Positions 9,201-16,128 of a DNA stretch of 45,304 nt are shown piece by piece. The position numbers and the translations under genes are program-made. The number at the start of each line of letters is the position of its first letter. Within the stretch, counting starts at the first letter, position 1. The notes beneath the pieces are model-generated. The model worked only from the letters and a program-made list of their open reading frames with translations, did no database searches and was not told the origin of the DNA. The stretch comes from Puniceicoccaceae bacterium (GTDB taxonomy: Bacteria > Verrucomicrobiota > Verrucomicrobiia > Opitutales > Oceanipulchritudinaceae): contig JBFOMH010000036.1 in NCBI GenBank assembly GCA_040830765.1, positions 1-45,304 of the forward strand, given 5' to 3'.

Positions 9201-10108
9201 CTGAGGCCGGAGGCCGGACCCGACTGGCTCTTGGCAGAAACCATGAGGATAATGATATCCTTGAGGGAAGCGTCATATTGGCTGCCGTTCCGCAGAATCG
9301 GCTTGTTGCCCGTCCCGGCTTCAAATTCCGGTTCCTCGGCAGCTTCGATAAGGCTGGCGGTATCGATGCGGTCACCCGGGAAGACCAAACTGACAGGAAT
9401 TCGTTCACGGGAAAAGCTCCCGGCACCAAGCGGGACACGGGCAGCGGCCAGCCGTCCGTCCGCTGTTAGTTCGCACTGAATGTCATGGCCCTGACAACCA
9501 TTGGTTGAGCAGGAATGGCCACTGTCAAATGGTTGTAAACTGGTGGCGTAAAGTTCGCCCGTTTCAGGGTCGGTCTCTATGAGATAGTTGTCTCCGTCCA
9601 GGGTCAGGGCCATCGAAACGGCTCCGTTGACAATGGCCAGGGAGGCCTGATCCGCGATGCCGGAAAGACCGGTTTCACGACCCGTAAAAACGTGAAAATC
9701 GGCTGGCAATTCTGTTTCCTTGCCGGCGGAAATACGAAAGTTCTCTGTCGTCACATTCAATGGACGAAAACCCATTCGCCGGGCACGCTGTTGCCCGACA
9801 CGAACATCGACTGGATAACCTGCCTCAATCCAGGAAAGAAGCTGCTCGGTCTCGCGGGTCAACCGACCGTCATTATTGACCCAACCCACAAACGACGGGG
9901 CCTCAGGCGCCGCTGGAACAGGATTCACTTCCTCATTGAAGGCCGCCTTGGGGCCTTGTTCATCCGCTTCTTCAATCGTCGCTTTGCTATGGATTTCCCG
10001 TACGGATGACGTCTGCCAGTCCGGGCTCACTAATATGATACCCAACAGAAGCAAAAATGCTCCAGCAAGGATGAGTCCAAACTTGGTCCAGTTGTTTCGT
10101 TCGTTCAT
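6299..10108 (-). CDS. Secreted/anchored reprolysin-like (M12B) zinc metalloprotease with Ig-like, Calx-beta, MAM, Ig and C-terminal domains
   Basis: N-terminal TM segment after MNERNNW (start moved to ATG 10108); HELGHNVGSTH with Met-turn GVMNP; 'DDSAST..INPLSND' Ig-like repeats; Calx-beta 'DNDGISEGQESF'; MAM 'GPDGDHT..FWYHMYG..GDIAIDD'. Confidence 0.88.
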   Translation of the reverse strand: MNERNNWTKFGLILAGAFLLLLGIILVSPDWQTSSVREIHSKATIEEADEQGPKAAFNEEVNPVPAAPEAPSFVGWVNNDGRLTRETEQLLSWIEAGYPVDVRVGQQRARRMGFRPLNVTTENFRISAGKETELPADFHVFTGRETGLSGIADQASLAIVNGAVSMALTLDGDNYLIETDPETGELYATSLQPFDSGHSCSTNGCQGHDIQCELTADGRLAAARVPLGAGSFSRERIPVSLVFPGDRIDTASLIEAAEEPEFEAGTGNKPILRNGSQYDASLKDIIILMVSAKSQSGPASGLSTKAANYFAYAARAADVYERQLGFRYLLQEMILIPSDSSEEDPGNPDSDALGQDLYKLNTWVGNYRPQSTYKWGHVALWTLVAGGGGGTIGLAWTDCYGLSSYGHSVAEPNWGWEVHCHELGHNVGSTHTAGGVMNPSIRMGNEDFFTMIEGGSYTAAKDIYNYMGSPGKAYVLGDALLRHPEEIPFGVDDSASTAAGTAVTINPLSNDLTKVNGGSSNTLRLVEVGQVLPKAAGTAAVAGNTIEFIPASGFTGQAWFTYTLGGNVGNGGQGWLHRADIVVTVGGDSTAPSDTPVLSLSNDSILSELNGPVRINPLLNDEGSGRLWSGDVEVVLSPTDTTPEAYSQGALHLVDATVVTGTGTISLEKRNMTRSSSGSSDNSGYLTYTPGQNEGGQVVIEYTVSDSLGNTGTASIVIAEAAAVGVVASTNSVTEDSGEVVVLTFERSGAADTSGEEWIDFTVDGTASATGIPADYALAGHSSFDPLTGAGSIVIPVGATQASMYVAIDNDGISEGQESFGLNITGTSLLMVGSNDSVQVFISDNSLVYAESFDTFTADPATWNGWSNAKNKRANGKGGEDWFDWASDSYSTPTAGTGPDGDHTHGSGKYLFADATGNAEVYAILQSPVIPVGGVSSANLEFWYHMYGSGMGALTVDLYVNGSLAAAGAFSATGQQSVDGSDWKKAVIDLNPYLPATSIQLEMRADTTTSELGDIAIDDMQVVGQSNAVPQAPSIWVDPSGCTVEEGDSVYLSVIAEGFPAPSIQWIKDGNPIPGATGASYYIASVASSSAGTYQALVSNVEGSVYSFEANIDLPPPPGDIPGEEYFGWAGSYALGPEDSGQSADPDLDGILNLFEFAFNFDPTVAGEHPKLPRAMFHEENGSVYLQIEYRQRTGGTWDNVELSYAVDDITYVVETSSSLSGTWDSGAAHLEVVGTPVDNLDGTETILVRRSTPITGPAFIRLSITADF

Positions 10109-10286
10109 TTTGAATCCGCTGCTTGATAGGTTTATTCGGACTCTATTCAAGCAGGGAAACGCCCTTGGATGAACTTTCACCAAAGATGGGGCCGGAATTT
10201 ACCAAATTCTTTACGGGACCGGTTTTGGCTTCACATTTTCCTAAACTATCCGGCCCCGAAACGGACCCATTCAGACAGCATCCATC

Positions 10287-10302
10287 TTGGCACAATTACT
10301 GC
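10287..10302 (+). promoter_or_regulatory. Candidate sigma-54 (-24/-12) promoter for mscL
   Basis: TTGGCAC-AATTA-CTGC with exact GG-N10-GC spacing, 13 nt before the ATG. Confidence 0.45.
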
Positions 10303-10315
10303 GGGAAAGAGGGCG

Positions 10316-10801
10316 ATGAAGATTATCAACGAATTCAAGGAATTTGCGGTCAAGGGGAATGCCGTGGACATGGGTGTGGGCATCATCATCGGTGCGGCCT
10401 TCACCGCGATTGTGAACTCCATGGTGAAGGATCTCATGACTCCGCTGCTTGGCCTCGTCACCGGAGGGGTTGATTTCAGCAACTGGTTTCTCACCCTCCG
10501 GGCGGGAACTGCGGGCGCTCCATACCCCACCCTGGAGGCGGCCAAGGCGGACGGCGCGCTGACCCTCAATTTTGGCAATTTCATCAATGCCGGCATCACT
10601 TTTCTGATAGTGGCATGGTGCCTGTTTTTCGTTGTCCGAAGTATAAATTCCCTGAAGCGTCCAGAGGCCCCAAAAGCAGATCCGGTCAAGACCAAGGAAT
10701 GTGGTTATTGCTTTTCCAACATTGCCTACGAGGCTAGTCGTTGCCCTTACTGCACCTCCCAGCTGGTTGAAATGGAAAAAATCCCGCAGGAATCCATCTA
10801 G
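10316..10801 (+). CDS. mscL: Large-conductance mechanosensitive channel with C-terminal zinc-ribbon-like extension
   Basis: MKIINEFKEFAVKGNAVDMGVGIIIGAAF; start at ATG 10316; tail CGYC..CPYC. Confidence 0.96.
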   Translation: MKIINEFKEFAVKGNAVDMGVGIIIGAAFTAIVNSMVKDLMTPLLGLVTGGVDFSNWFLTLRAGTAGAPYPTLEAAKADGALTLNFGNFINAGITFLIVAWCLFFVVRSINSLKRPEAPKADPVKTKECGYCFSNIAYEASRCPYCTSQLVEMEKIPQESI

Positions 10802-10863
10802 GCAAAATACCTGACAAGCAAAGGCTTGCTTGGACATTACACGCTGGATTAAAGTGTTTCCCC

Positions 10864-11730
10864 ATGCGTAGCCCGTGCCGATTCCTCAATGGCCTGCTGG
10901 TGATTGTCGCCACAGTTGCTCCTTTTCTCCTTTCAGCCGCAGCGGTCGAACCGCCTCCACAGCCAGAGCGGATGAGTGAAATCCAACGGGCAGGAGCTAT
11001 CGCTGTCTATGAGGACCTGATCAAGAAGTCCCGGCCACTGCAGGTCGGTGACACTGAAGCTGCCTTGTTGCAGCGACTGGGCGAGCCGGATGGTATCATG
11101 GCATTCGGGAGTCGCAAACGCATGGACTACGACAAGGGCCACGTCATTGTCTCGGCGGGCAAAATCCAGAAAATTGAGGACATTCCTGCGGAGCGCCTTG
11201 CCTCACCCAACCAGGAAGCCTACGCCAATTACCAGAAGGCCTTGGGAAAGGTCTACTACATGGACCGTTGGATGACTCCAGAGGAAGGCCAGCAAGCCTA
11301 CGTCAAGGCCCTCGAATCGCGTGAACGTGAACTCGAACGGATAGCTGTTGGGCGCCAGCAAACCCTTCGCCGAAAGGAGCAAATCGCCCGTTCCCAGACT
11401 GGCTGGAAAGACATCCGGCAGAATGGTGCCCGAATCACTGAACAAGAACTCATCGTTCCCGGGAGGTATACCGTCGTTGATTTTTATGCGGACTGGTGTG
11501 GACCCTGCAAACGCATCGAGCCCTTCCTGAAAGATCTGGCCAAGGACAAGCGGATTGCCGTGCGCAAAGTGGACATTGTCAACTGGGGATCCCCTGTTGC
11601 CCAGCAGTGGAATCTCCGCAGCATTCCTAACATGCGGGTCTATGACCCGAACGGCCGCATGCTCGGTGAGCCCACCTCCAATCTCAACCAGATTATCGCC
11701 TACATCAACCAGTCTTTGGCCAGTCCCTAG
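10864..11730 (+). CDS. Exported protein with C-terminal thioredoxin domain
   Basis: Signal-like N-terminus; VVDFYADWCGPCK; cis-Pro motif RSIP. Confidence 0.85.
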   Translation: MRSPCRFLNGLLVIVATVAPFLLSAAAVEPPPQPERMSEIQRAGAIAVYEDLIKKSRPLQVGDTEAALLQRLGEPDGIMAFGSRKRMDYDKGHVIVSAGKIQKIEDIPAERLASPNQEAYANYQKALGKVYYMDRWMTPEEGQQAYVKALESRERELERIAVGRQQTLRRKEQIARSQTGWKDIRQNGARITEQELIVPGRYTVVDFYADWCGPCKRIEPFLKDLAKDKRIAVRKVDIVNWGSPVAQQWNLRSIPNMRVYDPNGRMLGEPTSNLNQIIAYINQSLASP

Positions 11731-11792
11731 ACCGGAGCGGCTGAATGAACGGCCGCGGCGAACAGACAGTCTAATTCAGGGGGGAAACACAT

Positions 11793-13535
11793 ATGACCTG
11801 GAAGGAATCGGAAAACAATTTCGCGAGTTGGGACGGAACCCGGCTCTTCTACAGGGAGTGGGAGACACCTGTGTCGGCAGACAAAGGATTGATCGTCATT
11901 CATCGCGGTCACGAGCACTCGGGGCGGGTGGCTCAACAGGTAAAGGAACTGGACCTGCCTGAGTTCAAGGCTTTTTGCTTTGATGTCCGCGGACACGGGC
12001 ACTCGCCGGGTGAACGCGGCTATGCGGAAAGCTATTACGCCATGGTCAAGGACCTCGATGCCTTTGCCCGGCATGTATCGGAGAAACATGGCATTCCAAT
12101 GGAGAATTTCGCCATTCTGGCCAACAGCGTCGGGGCGGTAACGGCCAGCACCTGGGTTCATGACTTTGCCCCACGTATCCGCGCGATGGTACTCGCCGCC
12201 CCTGCCCTCCGGATCCGGCTCTATGTACCACTCGCCATTCCGGGATTACGCCTTCTCCAGAAATTGAAGGGGAAGGCATTCATCAGCAGCTACGTCAAAT
12301 CCAAGATGCTGACGCACGACCCCGAACAATGCCGGCTCTATGACGAGGACAAGCTGATCACCCGTAACATAGCGGTCAATATCCTCCTGGGACTACATGA
12401 CACCGCCACCCGGATCATGGATGACGCCGGAGCCATCACCACGCCCACGCTGGTCCTGTCGGCCGGTTCGGACTGGGTTGTGAAAAACTCAGCCCAGGAC
12501 ATGTTTTTCAATGCCCTCTCCTCCCCGATGAAGGAGCATGTACTTTATCCGGGATTTTTCCATGGCGTGCTCTACGAGAAAGACCGTCATCTTGCCTTTG
12601 AGAAAGCCCGGGAATTCATCAAAAATGCCTTCACCACCGAAGTTGATCGGTCGAAGCTGCTGGAGGCGGACGAGTCGGGCTATACTAAAGAGGAATACGA
12701 CCGGCTACAGGAGCCTGCGAATGGATGGAAGGCACTGAAATATGGCTCCCAGTTAATGGGCATGAAAAGTCTTGGCCGCCTCAGCGAAGGTATCCGGCTA
12801 GGCCTGGAGACCGGATTTGATTCCGGCAAATCGCTGGATTATGTCTATGAAAACAAGGCCCGGGGCATCACCCCCCTAGGCCGCATGATCGACCGCTCCT
12901 ACCTCAATGCCATCGGCTGGAAGGGCATCCGGGAACGGGGAACACTGCTGAAGGAGCTTTTGCAGGATTTGATCATCGAACAACTGACACAGGACACGCC
13001 AGTGCGGATCCTCGATATTGCCACCGGATGTGGGCGCTACGTCCTTGATGTCCTGAAGGAGTTCCCGGGAGAGGATATCAGCGCACTCTTGCGAGATAAT
13101 GTTCCCCGCAATCTTGAGCAGGGCCGTGCACTGGCACAAGAGATGGGGCTTGCCAATGTCACTTACGAGGAAGGAGACGCTTTTGATGAGGCTGCCCTGG
13201 CTGCTGTGTCGCCCAAGCCAACCATTGTCATTGTCTCGGGACTCTACGAGTTGTTCCGGGTGAACAATCTTGTCCTGCGTTCACTCGGAGGTGTGGCCGA
13301 ATCCCTCGTCGATGGAGGAAAGCTCATCTACACCGGACAACCCTGGCACCCGGACATTGAAATGATTGCCCGGACCTGCATCAACCGCGAGGGCCATCCA
13401 TGGATCATGCGCCGGCGCACCCAGGCAGAAATGGATGAGCTCGTCCGCAGCCATGGCCTGGTCAAGACCGGCATGAAGATCGATTCCTACGGCATCTTCA
13501 CGGTCTCGGTCGCCCAAAAGCGAGGAAACAGCTGA
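11793..13535 (+). CDS. Bifunctional alpha/beta hydrolase - class I SAM methyltransferase (YnbC-like)
   Basis: HRGHEHSGR, DVRGHGHSPGERG, nucleophile ANSVG; methyltransferase ILDIATGCGRY; GFDSGKSLDYVY; YTGQPWHP..MRRRTQAEMD. Confidence 0.92.
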   Translation: MTWKESENNFASWDGTRLFYREWETPVSADKGLIVIHRGHEHSGRVAQQVKELDLPEFKAFCFDVRGHGHSPGERGYAESYYAMVKDLDAFARHVSEKHGIPMENFAILANSVGAVTASTWVHDFAPRIRAMVLAAPALRIRLYVPLAIPGLRLLQKLKGKAFISSYVKSKMLTHDPEQCRLYDEDKLITRNIAVNILLGLHDTATRIMDDAGAITTPTLVLSAGSDWVVKNSAQDMFFNALSSPMKEHVLYPGFFHGVLYEKDRHLAFEKAREFIKNAFTTEVDRSKLLEADESGYTKEEYDRLQEPANGWKALKYGSQLMGMKSLGRLSEGIRLGLETGFDSGKSLDYVYENKARGITPLGRMIDRSYLNAIGWKGIRERGTLLKELLQDLIIEQLTQDTPVRILDIATGCGRYVLDVLKEFPGEDISALLRDNVPRNLEQGRALAQEMGLANVTYEEGDAFDEAALAAVSPKPTIVIVSGLYELFRVNNLVLRSLGGVAESLVDGGKLIYTGQPWHPDIEMIARTCINREGHPWIMRRRTQAEMDELVRSHGLVKTGMKIDSYGIFTVSVAQKRGNS

Positions 13536-13540
13536 GGAAC

Positions 13541-14218
13541 ATGAACCGGCGGGTTGGCATGTATTACCTGGTGGGTGCCATTTTGCTGGCCCTGCTGGCA
13601 TTCACCGCCACCCCATGGACCCTCCCCTTTCTCTGGCCGGCTGCCTCACTGGCGGTCATCACCGCGGGTTACTTCGGGGCCGGCCCCAGGATCTATGGCA
13701 AGCGTAACGGTGGGCATCCCCTCTGGTCCCGCACTTTGCACTTCTTCCCGTTCCTTGGGCACGAACTCTCACGGCAACACTACGCCCGCGGCTGCAACGC
13801 CTGGGACGAACTGCTCCCAGGACTCTTGATCGGCCGTCAACTAAACGAGAAGGAGGCCCTCGCCCTTAAGCAAGAGGGCGTCACGGCCGTCCTCGATTTG
13901 ACTTCCGAGTTCGAGGAACCCCAAACGCTAACGGATCTTCACTACCTCAATGTCCCCCTTCTGGACCTGACGCCGCCTTCACAAGCCCAGCTCGAGAAGG
14001 CGTTGGCCTTCATCGACCAGCATATCCCTGATGGAAAAGTCTATATCCACTGCAAAATCGGCTATTCCCGTACAGCTTCCTTTGCTGGTACGTACCTCCT
14101 GCGAAGAGGCCATGCCACCGATGCCCAAGAGGCAATGGCGGCCCTGCGGGCTGCACGACCCTCCATGTTCATCCGCCCGGAGGCAGGAGCCACGATTTCC
14201 GGCAAACACGCCAGCTGA
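13541..14218 (+). CDS. Membrane-anchored dual-specificity phosphatase (YnbD C-terminal-like)
   Basis: Two N-terminal TM segments; VLDLTSEF; CX5R P-loop HCKIGYSR. Confidence 0.88.
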   Translation: MNRRVGMYYLVGAILLALLAFTATPWTLPFLWPAASLAVITAGYFGAGPRIYGKRNGGHPLWSRTLHFFPFLGHELSRQHYARGCNAWDELLPGLLIGRQLNEKEALALKQEGVTAVLDLTSEFEEPQTLTDLHYLNVPLLDLTPPSQAQLEKALAFIDQHIPDGKVYIHCKIGYSRTASFAGTYLLRRGHATDAQEAMAALRAARPSMFIRPEAGATISGKHAS

Positions 14219-15309
14219 TGCCATCCGTCCTTAATCATCCCCTAGGCTCAAGCCGCTTCAGCAACCTTGTCCGGATGGCGGCCCGCTACGGCTGTGAAGG
14301 ACGCTACCTTCCACGCCTTGTCGGCGTCGGCCTGATGAGCCTCCTGCGTCAACCGGTGATTGCCTACGAGGCCCTGCGCCACGGCAAGGCCATCCGCTCA
14401 ACCGATCTACCCCGGGACCCTGTCTTTGTCATCGGCCACTGGCGCAGCGGGACAACCCACCTGCAGAACATCCTCAGCAAGGATCCGCAGTTTGGCAGCG
14501 TCACCCTCAAAGAAGCCGCCATGCCACTCGACTTTCTGACCCTCGGAAACCTGCTCTCCGGTCCGATGGCGGCATCGCTGCCAAAGAAACGCCTCATGGA
14601 CAATGTCGCCGTCGCGGCCGACTGTCCATGGGAGGAAGAGCTGGCCCTTGCCTGCACCAGTCCCCTTTCCTTTTACCATGTTTCCTTTTTTCCAAAGGCG
14701 GTCGGATGCATTTTCCAGGAGTCGATTCTCTTCAATGACAAGGACGAGAACCTTATCACGTGCTGGAAAAATAACTACAAAACCTTCCTCCGCAAAGTTC
14801 AGATGGTCCGGCCAAACCGCCGGCTCCTACTCAAGAACCCGGCCAACTCCGCCCGCATCGACCTGATCCTCAGGTTGTTCCCTGAGGCCCGTTTCATCCA
14901 TATCCACCGGGATCCCCTGAAGGTCTACGCCTCGACCATACACTTGTACCTCAAGGCGCAGGAGGAATGGGGATTCCACAGGCCGGACCGGTCACTTGTT
15001 GTGGAGCATGTCCTCCAGACCTATCCCCTCCTCATGCAGGCCTATCTGGACCAGCGCTCCAACATTCCCGAGGACCGTCTGGTGGAGGTTGCCTTCAAGG
15101 ACCTCCAGAATCAACCGATGCAGGTGCTGGAAAATATCTACAGCGACCTTCGGTTGCCGGGATTCGAAACAGCCGCACCGCACTTTGAAACCTACCTGCA
15201 TTCTGTCCGTGGGTATACCAAGAACCGCTTGGAGCTGGAGCCTGAAGAAACCCAACAGCTACGCATACGCTGGAAGCATTTCTTTGAAACCTTTGGTTAT
15301 GGTGATTAA
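14218..15309 (+). CDS. PAPS-dependent sulfotransferase family protein
   Basis: 5'-PSB motif GHWRSGTTHL, LLLKNP, 3'-PB motif IHIHRDP; TGATG overlap with the upstream gene. Confidence 0.9.
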   Translation: MPSVLNHPLGSSRFSNLVRMAARYGCEGRYLPRLVGVGLMSLLRQPVIAYEALRHGKAIRSTDLPRDPVFVIGHWRSGTTHLQNILSKDPQFGSVTLKEAAMPLDFLTLGNLLSGPMAASLPKKRLMDNVAVAADCPWEEELALACTSPLSFYHVSFFPKAVGCIFQESILFNDKDENLITCWKNNYKTFLRKVQMVRPNRRLLLKNPANSARIDLILRLFPEARFIHIHRDPLKVYASTIHLYLKAQEEWGFHRPDRSLVVEHVLQTYPLLMQAYLDQRSNIPEDRLVEVAFKDLQNQPMQVLENIYSDLRLPGFETAAPHFETYLHSVRGYTKNRLELEPEETQQLRIRWKHFFETFGYGD

Positions 15310-15342
15310 CTGGTTGAACGGAAGCCGGGCTTCTCTACACCG

Positions 15343-15954
15343 TTGACTTCTATTCCTGAACCTTCTACTACTGAACAGGTTGTGAGAGGGGTAAATATTT
15401 TTGTAATCCTTGCCTTTGCCATTGCACTTCCTGATACGCCTTCATGCATTGCCATGGGCAAAAGTGATTCCATCAAGCCCTCCTTGAAGGAGTTTGGAAC
15501 CGTTGCGGTCCTGCCCTTTCACGGATACCGCGGAGGGGAACTTGTTCGTTACATAAAGCGTGAGATGAAGGATCGGGGTGTTACAGTTGTTGAACTCCAG
15601 GACCTGGGAAAGGACGCGCCCAAGCCTGAATTGGACAAGTTTGACCGCAAGGTATCGAAGCTGCTGAAAGGCAGAAACCTGGAAGGCATAGACCATATTG
15701 TCACGGGCCAGCTGATCAGTCGCCCACTCATGCCCGCACTTTTGGCGGGATCAAAAAGCCTGGTCATCGGTGCCAGAATGGAGGTCATCTCCACCGCGTC
15801 CGGAAAAGTCGTCGCCCGGGCGGACCTTAAGCGCGACACCGCCTACCTCCACGGAGGTCCGGAGGACGTTTCCGATGATAGCGATGTTCTCCCGGATACG
15901 GCAGCCCGCCTGATCGTCACCCTGAGGTGGGACGAACAGTCGATTAAAGACTAG
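15343..15954 (+). CDS. Hypothetical exported protein, possibly CsgG/TolB-N/FlgO-like fold; start uncertain
   Basis: Hydrophobic N-terminal segment; 'TVAVLPF', 'IDHIVTG', 'ARMEVISTASGKVV' pattern. Confidence 0.55.
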   Translation: MTSIPEPSTTEQVVRGVNIFVILAFAIALPDTPSCIAMGKSDSIKPSLKEFGTVAVLPFHGYRGGELVRYIKREMKDRGVTVVELQDLGKDAPKPELDKFDRKVSKLLKGRNLEGIDHIVTGQLISRPLMPALLAGSKSLVIGARMEVISTASGKVVARADLKRDTAYLHGGPEDVSDDSDVLPDTAARLIVTLRWDEQSIKD

Positions 15955-16041
15955 CAGAGACACGTAATTGGTCCTGGATTGAAGAAAAACTAATCCAGCG
16001 ATTGAGAAGGGGTAATAGCGTGCTCCAGGCACGGTAATATT

Positions 16042-16070
16042 TTGACAAAAATATAAGCGATTTTTATACC
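16042..16070 (+). promoter_or_regulatory. Sigma-70-type promoter for the GH16 gene
   Basis: TTGACA-N17-TATACC in AT-rich intergenic DNA. Confidence 0.6.
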
Positions 16071-16128
16071 AAAACAGCTTGTTCCTTTCCCCCCGGGGGA
16101 CTTCAGAAATCTCAACGCAGGATAGGAA

